A stretch of 64,000 nucleotides of DNA from positions 25,295,899-25,359,898 of the forward strand of contig OZ316891.1 in the NCBI GenBank assembly GCA_973895155.1, in the 5' to 3' direction. Shown here piece by piece: positions 24,957 through 37,772 of this stretch; position 1 is the first letter of the stretch, and every line of letters starts with the position of its first letter. The DNA comes from Marsupella aquatica (taxonomy: Eukaryota; Plantae; Marchantiophyta). Under the pieces are notes generated by a model. The model was given only the letters and a program-made list of their open reading frames with translations, was not told the DNA's origin and did not search any database. Made by a program: the position numbers and the translations under genes.

Positions 24957-26975
24957 GACTCTATAATTTTTTTAGTTTTTGCTGCTATTTGATTAGTACT
25001 TAAAAACACAAAGTTGTATGTATACACCGTTGTTGATGATAAAAGTAGTTCATCTTGGAGAAGTCGATTAGATATATTATCTTTCTCTGGAAAATATTTC
25101 CCATCAATAGCAGACTCAGCACTTGCCTCAGTTGTGTACCATGTGATTTTGATTCTCTCAGGAATGTCTGCAGTTCTTGTCAAAATCTTTGACACCTTTG
25201 CCATCCAAAACAACTTGCCTTCTGGATCCTTGTGGGCCGCTACACATATCATGGACCACTTATTGTTAACTTCCATATCTCTGAAATCTCCAAATTCAGC
25301 TTGCTTTCGTCAAGGTCCGGAGTACATAATTCTCTGTGGTCCAGCAACTTTGTCAACCAAAGTTGGATCAACACCTTCTTCAACAAGTTCATTTCTCACC
25401 CTTGGAAGTAGTTGTGCACCTTGATTTTGTTGCGGCCAAATCCACTCAAATAACCACTCACCTTCCTCTAGGTGGTTTTTGATAATATCTTTTTGTTTCT
25501 CTAAAAAACTCATCCACCAAAGTTTATCTTCATTGTCAAAGTAATTGAAACCTTCCTGGATAGCTTTTTCATATTTCACCAGAGTAGTTAATGCACCATT
25601 TGTATTGGAAGAATCATGGACATCATCCCTCTCAACACCTTTTGCTGACTTTAGTGACATTTGTGCAGCAACCCACATTCTTGAAGTTGGAATGTAATTG
25701 ACGAACGTCACTGCATCTCCCCAATCCTGGGTCGTGGAAAGATGTTTCCCGTGAAATGTTGTCTCTTCGTTTCCATCCTCCATGACTCGTTTGAATCTGA
25801 ATTGCCTTTGAAAAGTTATGAGATTGAGATCTCTCAAGACTCTACCTAAGACTCCCTTCTCATTTGGCTGGTTGTTTTCATTGACAAATTTTCAAAAATC
25901 GGCTACTTCATCCACAAATATGATCAAAGCTTCAGGTGAATATGCTCGTTGAATAATATCCTCAAGAGTCTCCAAGCAAAATGCTTTGTGCTTGTTTAAC
26001 CTAGACAAAAATTTACTAAACATCTGATCTATCTGGTCATGTGTATGACCGACCAACAAGAAACCCACTTTAATCTTGTCAAAAATCTTCAAATCTACTA
26101 ACATGTGAAGATAAGCCATCAAGAATTTATTCTTGTTTTCCCGAGTGGTATTATCTAATTGAAGATATAACACTCTTGGTAATGTCCCATCCCATGTATT
26201 CAATACATTTTGAATAACATGTATGGTCAAGTTTGCATCATTATGGATATTGGGATATGTCAAAAATACTTTTGCTACAAGGTTCCTGTTGAAGATGAGA
26301 CAACCTACAACATGTATTGGAATGAAATACTTTTCATCCATGTTCTTTGGACAACAAAAAAATGTGGTAGCTCTGTTTTCTTTTGATCCATACCATCTAT
26401 ACAAATACCCAAATACTTGTTGGGCTCATCATAGCATTTTTTACAATGCTTGGCTAACTTCATCCTTTCCAATGATTGTACTTTTTGATGCTCCATAAGG
26501 GCATTGATATACTTTCCTGAAATGATACAATAGCAATGAATTAAAAATCAATAACTAAGGATAAACTTTGACAAATATTGAATTACATGTCATCAAATTA
26601 AAGTTGAAGGTTATAGTTAGTGGAACTTACTTTTATCCTCTTCAGTTGTTGCTTTGTCCCGAAGAGCCTTGAATTCAGTACAAGGACCACAAGTAGAAAA
26701 TCGACTCCTTTTCGGAATTCGTACATTTGGAAAAAAAAAATTCCAAACACGCAAAAAATAAGAATATGTAACTTGTTGTTCTTCTCGCAACATTGTTTCA
26801 ACTTCAAAGATTCCATGTATTTCTTGCTTTGTCCAATTGTCTGGCAAGTGATGAATCTCTTTATGGGAAAGACTATCCATATTTTTTTGGAAAAAATCTT
26901 TCAACCATTCCACCAAGTTTAGAAATGAAGGTGAGTCTTCCTTACAAAAGGTATCTCGTTCAATCCTTGTAAACA
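24957..26975 (-). pseudogene. DUF7869/Sola-like DDD transposase copy 2 (5' end lost, 3' tip displaced by Bianca)
   Basis: RIPKRSRFSTCGPC, GICIDGMDQKKT, LYLQLDNTTRENKN, FLLVGHTHDQIDQMFS; in-frame GT-AG intron 26630-26517; C-terminal region homologous to copy 1. Confidence 0.8.
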
Positions 26976-27879
26976 TGTTTGTGTGGTGCGTCCCATGGCT
27001 CCCTGAACCCAAGAAACCCCCCCAGCACAAGCCGATTCCCGCAGGTTTCGCGCTTGGCGGGGCCGTTTCCGTGGCTTAGCGGCATGGGACACTGCTAACC
27101 TCTTCTACATCTATTAACATTTTACACACATATACTGGACAGATCCTTCATCGGGTCATGAGATATGAAGCCGGCCTTCCCTTGTCTACCTCTCCTTCTT
27201 GTTAGGTATGTTTGGATTCCGCCGCTGGAATAATCCCCAATAGGCTTGGTTAAGCCGCTAAGACCTCTCTCAGCTCGACACATCCAACTCTCACTCCCTT
27301 GCTTACTTTCCTTCCCTATTAGTTGATGTGGGCACTCTTCACACAAGTTAATGCGACACACAAATAGTAAAATGACTCCTTCTGACTGAGTCATACCATG
27401 CACTTGCCATACAAACAGTACATCTCATACACAAGCTCTGCGAACTAAGCCGTGAGGCCAACTCTATTCAGCTCTTAGGCATGAGGAAACATGAATATAC
27501 ACAAGGTCACGGTATAACTAACCGAGAGCTTCTCTTACTACTTGATCCCAGCCCGGCTGGTGCAAACTAAAAACTTGCTAAAGAAGAGGCCCTGAGCTCC
27601 CCGCTGCCCAGGTACTTATCCTGGTAGTGGATCCGCCTAATTCTTTGCAGCGTAAGCCTAATCTATCTGACAGTAATCTACTTGCCCGAATCTACCTATG
27701 TACAGCAAGGTAGGAGCACAAGTGTTTCTCCTACCAGTGGAACCGCAATCCCACTAAGCTAAGTGTCAGGGCCGCTCAGGGTACATTCTGCACGTCGTGG
27801 TCTTGAAAGTCCCATCGTGCGGGCCCACAATCCCTCATGCGGGCCCGATCCCCTCTTTGCCCTACATCAACTTTTTATC

Positions 27880-29150
27880 CATACTACTCGGCGAGGGTCT
27901 CTGAGATCTATTCGGGACTCCTGGGGCCCACACTCCTGTGCAAGCTCGAGTTTCACAGTAGGAAATTTGTTGACTTTTCAACATTGACTGTTCAACATCG
28001 ACTCTCCGAGTCGGAGCATCATCGACTTTTGATTCCGTCTCTTACTCGGCGAGGGTCTCTGAGATGGATTTGGATGTAGGATTCCAAGATTGCCTCCTTG
28101 GCGCAGGTCTACTTCAGAGTTTGGTGTCGGTTGTTTGGAGTGCATATCATACTCGGCGAGCCTCTCTGAGATATATTCGAGCATTGTAAAAGAGAGAAAA
28201 CGCCGGTCTGTACGGATATTTGCAAAAAAAATTGGATTCATGGTACGGAGAAGCGTTTCTAGTTCCATAATCCCATTTGGGCGAGGGTCTCCGAGATATA
28301 TTCGAGCATTGTAGAGGAAAAAATGCCCAATTTGGAGTTGCCGAGTTGTTTTGTACGGATAATTGTAAAAAGTTTATGGATTTATGGTACGGAGAAGTGT
28401 TTCTAGTTCCATAGTCCCATTTCGGCGAGGGTCTCCAACATCTTGGGTCCCACGACAGGGGACTAGTGCCTCTCAATTCCATCTCGGAGAGGGTCTCCGA
28501 GAGACACGATGCCTGATCTGCCTTACCTTTCCTCCCGTGATATGGTCCAAGAGTTTAGAGGCATTGCCATTTCATGCACACTACTCCTTCTCGAAGAGGG
28601 TCTCCGAGAGTACAAGGTGTCTGAAGTTCTTCATCTCCTAGATAAAGTGAAGACATTTGGGGCACGCCTTTCTATGTTGGTGAGGGTCTCTGACATGGAG
28701 CAGGGGTCTTTTGGATTTAGATTGTCAACTTCCTTGTCCACAATCCTCTTTTGCGAGTGTCTCAAAACAGGATGACTGCCAGATGTGGCACACCACGCCA
28801 TCTCGGAGAGGGTCTCTGAGATCTATCGGTGTTGTCTCATTGCAGCTTTGTATACCCCACCCAAGGGTATATAGGTTTAGGGTTTAGAGGTCTTTGTCAA
28901 TCCCGCTATCCATTCTCGGCGAGGGTCTTTGAGATTTGGACTTGTATTGTGGGCCCCCATTCCCTCTTTGGGATGAGGCTCCGAGATGTTGACACGTCTC
29001 AGTATTGGCCCGCTATCCATTCTCGGCGAGGGTCTTTGAGATTTGGACTCGTATTGTGGGCCCCCATTCCCTCTTTGGGACGAGGCTCTGAGATGTTGAC
29101 ACGTCTCAGTATGGGCCGCAATTAATTGTTGGCGAGGGTCTTTGAGATTT
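27880..29150. repeat. Palindromic repeat family B, dispersed cluster (consensus ATCTCGGCGAG-N-CTCGCCGAGAT)
   Basis: More than 10 variants such as ACTCGGCGAGGGTCTCTGAGAT near 27886, 28044, 28151, 28482, 28801, 28914 and 29021; about 107-bp tandem duplication at 28900-29150. Confidence 0.85.
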
Positions 29151-32100
29151 GGACCCTAAATCTCATACCCCCGTACTGGGCCGTAAACCCTAGAACCTTA
29201 TGTACTTTCTTGTTTGGCCGCGTACTTTCTTGTTTGGCCCGTTAATTAACAAGATGTATGTTCTCTAGTATAGTTTGGATCTCCCGTATCCATGTACTTG
29301 TGTGCGGTGCGGTACTGGGGATCTCTCGTATCCATGGAGTACTTCCGTGCGGTGCGGTACGTGCGGTACGAGGGTCCTTCTTCCTTACTCTTCCTCGTCA
29401 CTCTTGCTCTTCATGCTTCGTTAGGGCTTTCAACGTTGTTCTCACTTATCCTTGCGCTTCCTCACTCTTCATCATTCACTCCCCGTCTCATTCACTCACC
29501 GTTATTCCTCACGCATCCTCGCTCTTCCTAGGTCCCCTCCGCTCTTTGTCCCAGTCTTCCAATCACGTTGGCTTTCCTCTCTTCCACTTATTCTCGGCAA
29601 GTGTGGCCGTGTGCCCTGGTTTGCGAAGGTGTTTTGAAGGCTTCACTTTGGCGGCGGTCGAGTCTCGTAGTTTCAAGCTCTGTGCTGGTTGGCAAAGGTG
29701 ATTTGAAGGTCTCAGTTTGGTTTGAGCTCGGCAGCGGTCGACTCTCGAAGTTTCAAGCTTTGTGCTGCAAAGGGTGATTTGAAGGTCTCAGTCGGCGGTG
29801 GTCGAATCACTCTCAGCGGGTTGTAGTTTTAAGCGCGGCGCTTCACCCATCTCCGAGGTTGGATCTTTTGTTCACTGCATGATTGTCTACACGATTTGAA
29901 TGTATGTTGCAAGCTCGACATGTCAAAACTTTTGCTCGGCGGGGCTCGCCAAGATGTATGGTTATTGTGAAGTAATTCTTGAATGTTTTCTCATGTAATC
30001 TTAGATCACAATGGTGAAGAGGAAAGACTCGGCTGGTTCTGTCGCTGGACCTGTTGATAGCGGAACTTCTCAACGGAGTAAGAAACAACGGTCTTTGTCC
30101 CCTTCGCCAGTGACATCTCGACTAACACGCTCACAAGGTGGTCCCCTTGTGGAGTCAGTGGACTCAGGGAGGAAGTTTGAGCCAAAGCAAATATCGTTCA
30201 AGCCAATAGAAGCAGCGGAATTAGCAGATATTGCAGAGAAGGGAGCTTGGGAGTTGATCGTCTCCAAGTATGAGACGAAGTTTGAAAAGGATCCTCCCCG
30301 GATCCCCTTATGCCGGCTCATGCCAATGGAGGCCGTCAGGAATCTTCATGATGAGTCAGTGGTCAAACTAAAAAAAGGATTCAGAGAGAGCGGCTATGTT
30401 GTAAAGCTCAGCGAGTTCCACATCACTGAGTTCAATGAAGCAGGGGAGACGAGGACAGTGGCAGAGTTCAAGCCCTATTGGGACTCGCTGTGGACTGAAA
30501 TCAATGAGCAGTTTGAGCAAGAGTGCGATGCGTCAGAGGACTTCAAAATGCTCAAGGACAAGATGTTTTGGGTTTTTGACGGAAACCATAGGTACACAGC
30601 TTGGTCTGCAGTTGCGGAGGAGTTTCCAGATCAACCGCAGTACCATCCGTGTGTCAGATTCTCTCTTTTGAACGCTGGAAAGGACGGATTCAAGAAGGTT
30701 GAGCAAGCAATGCACGCTCTGAACTCGTAAGTAACTCACATTTTGCAACAACAGGTATACAATATCGTTTCCCTTGTGTGAATACCCTATTGGCAATCTG
30801 TCAAAGATTGCCCTGTTTGAATGTTAGACCTAAGAACATTCTTTGCCGTGTCCAGGATAAGCGTGACTGTCATGAGGACGTCATGGTTTAATGACGCCGA
30901 TCGGGTGGCGAAGCTGTTGAACACTCCATTGGAGGAGTACAGTTTGCTTATGTCCAAGGAGACGCTGGAGGGTTTCCTCAAGGCTCGAAATCGTGGCCAC
31001 GGGAAGACTTGGTACTCCAAGAACATGACAAAAGAGGCAGCTGTGTACATCATGAGCTGGTCAAACATTGAAGCGGGGCGAATCAATATTTCGAAGGAAA
31101 TGGCACAAGATGCAGGTCGTGGGCACCCGTGGAATGCCAAGAGACTTGAGCATGAGACTGAGGCAATGATTACTGCTGCGTGCAAGAGCTGGGACACTAA
31201 GTTCCCCAAGCTCGTGGCCTGCATGAATCCAGCCAATGGTTTGGAATTAATCCCGGCATGTCGACAGCTCTATCACAAGTTGGCAAAGGAGGCCAAGCAG
31301 GGTGTCATGAATGTGCAGGTTGGATTGGATCGGATCCACTTGTTTTCTGGGGCTTGGTTAACTGCAGAGTGCAGATTAAAACTCTTGAAGGCTCATTTTG
31401 GAACGGAGGAAGATAGGAGTAGGTATCACCATCCACGTAGCAATAGTGATTCAGCGGTTAGATCATGGCTAGCAGTGTGGTCAATGTGGTGTTACATCGA
31501 CTACGTTGGTTGTATCTTGTTGACCAATTTTGCTGAGAAGGCCTACCAGCCTAGCAATTTTAGCGGAACGCAAGAGGAATTTGCTGAGCTTTATAGAAAG
31601 CTTTACCGATCTTATGTGCAAGAGAAATCCTTAAAAGTAGGCGGTGACATTTGGAATGAAGGGAATACCAAATTGGCGTTTTGGGAAGCGTGGATTAAGC
31701 GAACAAAGCGGTGCATGACAAGATTTCTCATACATCAGGAGAACATGAATGCAACAATGTTGAAACAACTACCATTGGCGATTAGATCTTGGATGGAGGC
31801 TACAGGTAGCCTTAGCATGTATCCATGTGATGGTCGCATGCCTCATGGCAGAGTATTCTCGGATTGGGAACGGAGGAACTGCCCATGGTACATGGAGTAT
31901 GACAATTGGAACACTTTTCTCGAGGTTGTCGAGAAGGATAGTGCAGACCTGCTCAAAGAAGCACAGGAACCTAGTAATTACTACGATATAACAAAGTTGC
32001 GACAACTGTCAGATTCAGTAACGGAGGCAACAGAGGTGGAGACCCTTATCCCAACTGACCCTGCTGTCACACCATTCTGAGTAGTGTAGGAGTGTATCGT

Positions 32101-32652
32101 ACTATCTAGGTCCGTATGTTTGGTATGTGTGCTATATGAGCCGATAAGGTTCCGTCAGGTTTGTGTGAGAGGGTACTTCTCACTTGTGAGGCATTGAAAG
32201 GTCATCTTTCAATGTTGAGCCTTGGAGAGAGAGGAGCTTGAGTGTGGCTATGGTGGCTGTGAGCTCCGCTTGTGTAACGTGGATTCCTTGAGTAGTGCAA
32301 GGTGCGTTGGCTTGACATACGTGTGTGATCGGATCGGTGCGGGATTGATGGGGTATTGTTGACTGGGATCATTGTGCCGATTGTATTGAGATTACATTGA
32401 AAGATCACATTCGAAATCTGTTGTACGGACAGAAGTTCGATTGATTGAGTTATCGACGGTTTGTGGTAGCTCGGATTGTGTGTTGTTATCGAACAGATCG
32501 TTGGTATCTTGACCTGTATTGTTGTTGTCCGATCGGCCTGCTTCCCGATCGATGTACAGATCTATGATTGGTGACAGGTTTTGAGTTGGAGGTTGATTGA
32601 TGATTCGTGGAGGAAAGCGAATGTTGAGTAGATGTTGGACAGTGGAAGTCGA

Positions 32653-33195
32653 TCCGTGAGGCTTCAGATCCGATTGCCGGCTACTGTGAGGCTTCAGATC
32701 TGATTGTCGGCTACCGTGGGGCTTTAGATCTGATTGCCGGCTATTGTTGGACGATGTTGGCAAGGCGCAGGTGAAGCGACGGCTCTTTTCCTAAAGAAAC
32801 GGAGCTGCCAATTCATCGTTTCAATGAAAGAAACGAGGGTCAAAGGTGTTGAATCAAGCTGCTGCCAATTCTGTGGAAGGGCTGCATTTTTCATGAAGGA
32901 AATCGACAATTTTCGGGAGCTTTTTGTGAAGGAAGTAATCGTTTTTGGGGTCAGGTGCGAGGCGACGCGCGAGGTCACCCATCCCGAAAGTGCTCACGCG
33001 AGGCGACGCGTGAGGTCACCCATCCCGAAAGTGCTCCCAACCACGAGCACGAAGTCACCCATCGCGAGCGCAGGCAGGCGCGAGGTCGAGGTCACCCATC
33101 CCGGGGCTATTCTGGGCCGTGAGCGCGCGAGGGGAGGCACGAGGTCGAGCGCGAGGAGGTCACCCATCCCGGGGCTATTCCCAGCCGCGAGCGCT
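32653..33195. repeat. Short tandem repeats in the gypsy 5' leader
   Basis: About three 30-bp units GTGAGGCTTCAGATCCGATTGCCGGCTAC, and five GAGGTCACCCATC-type motifs. Confidence 0.75.
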
Positions 33196-33965
33196 TAACT
33201 GGCAAGTTCTCATCCCACCTTGTGTACACACAAGCTTTGACAACTTGTTGTTTAGATTCAAGCGCCAGGGGCCTTTATACACCTCCCAGTTTGTTTAGAG
33301 GTCTATTCTAGGCCAAATCAGAGGCTGTTTTAGGGTTTTTGATACTTCTGAGTCCATCTAAACTCACAGATTGAACCAATTTTGCCTTGGTTCTCATCTA
33401 CAACATTGGAGTGCCATTGTGAAGCCTATTATGAAGGCTCTTCCTTGAACCTTATGCACATTGTCATATTGATTTGCATTTGCTTTTGTGTGGAGAGTTG
33501 AATGGTATCCATTCTTGTTTCTGGATCCTCTTCACACATGTTTCCTGTTTATGCGCCATGTTAGTTTGGTGTGGGCGCTTGATTCCATAGGAGTGATCCA
33601 GGTTTGCAACTGGACACTCTAGTGTGCTCTGTATTTCTTTCCTAGTGATGTTGGAGTGATGCCCAACACACCATGGTGAGTGCTTGTGGTGCTGACAGGG
33701 ATAGATTGCCCTTAGGGTTAGCACATAGATTAGGTTAGGGTTGGTCACCACGGATTCTTCTGGTGCTGCAGGGTTACCCGATGGACGACGGACCGGTTTC
33801 ACTCGGAGTGGGGCGCAGTTTTGGCCAGCGGCATTGGTAGCAGTCAGCAGTGCAGCTTCAGACAGTGATTCCGACGAGGACTCAGTGATCAGTTCTCCTC
33901 GTCATCAGGTGGTTGCACCTTTGTTATGGGATATGGACGAGATGTACGGGGCTACAAAGGGCCCA

Positions 33966-36260
33966 TGACGATACTCTGGTGCAGTTGGCACAATTGATCT
34001 GGATGACTTCATCCAGGAGTTTGATACGTGGTGCGATATGCAAACATTGCGTAACGCCACGTTGTTTACCCCTTTCATGGCATGGAAGGGATTATTTCAG
34101 CATTTGGAGGGGCCACCCATGGATGACTACCATGAGTTTCAGAAGGCTCATTTGGTTGAGATTGAGGCATGGAGGCAGCATTGGTCACCTAATTACGTGT
34201 CCATCACCTATGGCACTAGTGCGGCTACCCAACCCATTGCCACAGCTGCTGCCTCTTCTAGCAGCACTAGCCAGAGTGGCACACCATCCACCAGCAGCAC
34301 TCCAGCAGCATCCACCGCTACTCCTGCCGGTGTGATTGTGACAGGAACTGGAGTTGCGCCAGCATTTAATCCTGTGGTGGAATTCTTTGAGGTACTGAAG
34401 CAGAACTATCAGGGTGTGAGAACTGATAAGTTGAAGGGTCTCCAGGAGTTCCAGCGCAAGACTAGAGAGAGTCTACGTGAGGCATACACTCGTATGCGCA
34501 GATTGATCACTGTCACCAAGGGAGTGACAGAGGCTCAAGCAGTCCAGTTTTGGTATGCAATTTTGGATAGAGAATTGCGACGCAGAGTGAGAGATGTCAC
34601 TCTGCTTAGGGATGCAGATCCCACATTAGCAGTTGTTTTCACCCTTTCTGAGCGCATTGAGCTCAATATGGTGAATGAGAAGGTGGTGACTTCCGGATTT
34701 GCCAAGGAAGCACCAAAGGCTGCATCTACATCTACACCACAGCCTACTGCACGGAAGAGCCAGAGGGAGAAGCCTACTGCACGAGAGTCTACCAGCCAGA
34801 GACCTATGCCCTCTTATGCTGGACAGCAGTCAGGATGTTGGACCTGTGGTGGGGATCATGCACAGAGATATTGCCCAGATCACAGAGGATCAGGAGGAGC
34901 AGCAGCACCTGATCAGCGACAGTGTGATCATTGTGGAGCTCCTGGACACACTAAGGATAGGTGTTTCTCACTCCATCCTGAGTTACGGAGAGGAGGATCC
35001 CGTACACATGATCAGGGAAGAGGAGGAGGAGGTAGAGGTGGTGGACGTGGTCGTGGCATGCCACATGCAGGGAGACAGGGAGGTGACGCTGCCCCTGCTG
35101 TAACCATAGATCCAAAGGATGCTAAGATTGCTCAATTGGAGCAACAGCTAGCTGCCATGGCTAGTTCCCAGGTGAGACCTACTTCTGGTGATGGGGCATC
35201 TACATCCTATGGACCTTCCACATCCCATGGTCCTTCCACATCTTATGGAGCTGATGGAGATCTTGCCACCATGGGATTCATGTGTGGCACTGCACATATT
35301 GATGCATCAGCAGCGTTGACACATGGGGCAGCCAAAGCTCTTGAGCCCCGAGGAGCAGTAGTGGAGCTAGATCCACAGAGGGGGGATGCACGTCGGCAGA
35401 CAAAGCTTCCTCAGTCTTTTACATTGTCAGAGATAGTTCAGACTGCCTCTATGAACCCGGTTCGGATAAACCCTAGCGTGGGTAAGTTGGCAGAATTAGG
35501 TAGTGATGTAGCAGGGATGACAGGTACCCTGCTGGGGGCGGCTACTACCATGGTACGCACCCCATTATTTTCAGCGACAGACATGCTGAACTTGGGAGTT
35601 GGTCCTGCATAAGTGTTCAGATTGGCAGCAACACTCTGTGAGGACACTCCAATGGTTGCTTCCCATGCAGAAGCAGCTTGCAGTGTTGAAGCAGTGAAGA
35701 CCATGCCACCTACTACTAGTGAGACATGGCATGCAGCAGCAGCGAGGTTGGTGGATTTACCAGCACGCCCTGCATTTGAGCGGACTAGGTTTAAACCTAG
35801 TGTTGTGTCATTGGATAATCGGAGTGGTATCTTCCGATTAGTTGGGCCTTCTGGAGCAGTATACTAGCCAGAGAGAGTGTTACTGGATACTGGTGCTCAG
35901 CCCTTGATGTTGGGAAAGTCTGCCATACGTGGATTGGGATTGCGCCCAGAGAATTTGGAGGATTGTCCCTTTCCCATTCAGACTTCATTGGGGGGACCTA
36001 CACCTACACAACACATTACCAGGAGACCTCTTGATTTGAGGATTTAGGAAGGTCATACCACAGATAGCTCACAGATACAGGCACGAGCTATTTTGACTAA
36101 GGCAGAGTCATATGATGTGTTGGTGGGATGTACAGTGCTCTACCCCATGGGATTTATTCTTGATTTTTGGGAGGAATCAGTGTCATATAGACCTGATTGG
36201 CAGTCAGGAGATGCTCGATTGAGCAAATTGCCAGTGAGATTTAGTGGACCTATGGGAGGC
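33966..36260 (+). pseudogene. Gypsy Gag and aspartic protease
   Basis: FIQEFDTWCD, ESLREAYTRMRRL, CDHCGAPGHTKDRC knuckle, RVLLDTGAQP near 35880, YDVLVG. Confidence 0.85.
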
Positions 36261-36579
36261 CCTAAATCCACACCATTGTCTTTGGCAGCATTTAGTGGTG
36301 TAATTGCTGGACCTGATGATTTGATAGAAGGTAATGCGCATGCAGCCAATGTTCCACCATTGGAGGAGTCTCATGAGGAACACATCATGCGAGGATTACC
36401 TGTTGGCAGTGTTGTGCCACCAGTGTGGGGCACTGCACAAGCCTTGCCACAGGCAGCAGCACGATTGGTACATGATGCATGGCGTCATGCTTTACCACAA
36501 TCAGGAGCAGAGCAGTCTCTTGCAGATGGACCTATGACTCTTTCCCCATTGGATACCACTCCTATTGCTTGGCAGTATC

Positions 36580-37560
36580 CACCAGAGGGTATTTGTTTGT
36601 TGGATCTTTTTGGTGGGATTAGCATTGGATTGGCTGCTGTTCTTCAGGCAGGAATTCCTGTACGTCGTTATTTATATGTGGAGATAGATGAGACAGCACG
36701 GAGGGTCTCATTGCGACATGTGGCTATGTTGGTGGATAGATATCCACAGTTGTTGCCAGTGGATGCTGTTCGTGGTTATCAGCATGCACTACCTGCTGAT
36801 ATTTCATTGTTGGGGGCGGATCATCTGCATCGTGTTGGCCCCATTGATTTGGTGATTGCTGGTTGGCCATGTCAGGGCCAATCTTGAGCTGGCGTTGGGC
36901 ATGGACTTCATGATCCACGCTCTGCATTGTTTTGGGAGATGTTACGGGTGCTACGTCATCTCCAGCTACATCAGACACAGTCTCCAGCATACATTTTGGA
37001 GAATGTGCCATTGTTAGGTGATGATCGTAGTCGGATTGTTGTCAGTGTTCATCAGGTGAGGTCTTGGATTGGACCTGCTGTGTTATTGGATGCTGCACAT
37101 GTGGGTTCTCGTGCACATCGTCCACGCTTGTGGTGGACTAATTTGATCCCATGTGAGGTGCTGAAGCGCGCATTTGACAGCATTCCACGCTCACCAGCCT
37201 TAGTGGTGGATGATATTTTGGATCTAGGGCGTCGTGCACAGGGTGTGACCCAACCTAATAGACCTCCATTGGCAATGGTCAATGCAGTTGGGTGCCCACG
37301 TTGTGCATTACCCACTCTTGTAAGCCACTCTGCTTCATATGCATTCAGAGCAGGTGGCCCTGGACTTGTGTGGGACACAGCTCTCCAACAGTTAGTGGAG
37401 CCTACTGCTGATGAGAGAGAGCGTGCTATGGGATTTTTGACTGGCACCACTGCAGTTGCCTCTATGTCAGAGGATTTGCGGCGCCAGGTTCTTGGTCAAG
37501 CAATGGACCTGAATTGTTTGACTTGGATTATCAGCTTGGGAGTAGCTGAACAGTTGCGGA
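36580..37560 (+). CDS. C5 cytosine DNA methyltransferase domain within pol (one in-frame TGA at 36885)
   Basis: Motif I LLDLFGGI, II VEID, IV AGWPCQG, VI ILENVP, VIII AHRPRLWWTN, IX ERERAMGF, X LGQAM, in canonical order. Confidence 0.92.
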
Positions 37561-37772
37561 TGCACTCTGCTGGAATTACTGATTGTCCCTTGGTGAGCTT
37601 GCGGTCCACTGAGACAGTATTGACCACAGCTGGGGGCGAGCAGACAGTCCATGGACCTATGGCAAGATTGGCCAAGGCTGGACAGATTGTTGAGCAGGAA
37701 GGGACTGCTCAATCTACTGCTAAATAGCAATCATCGGCTATCTCTTCTACCCTACAAAGAGATATTAGGGAT

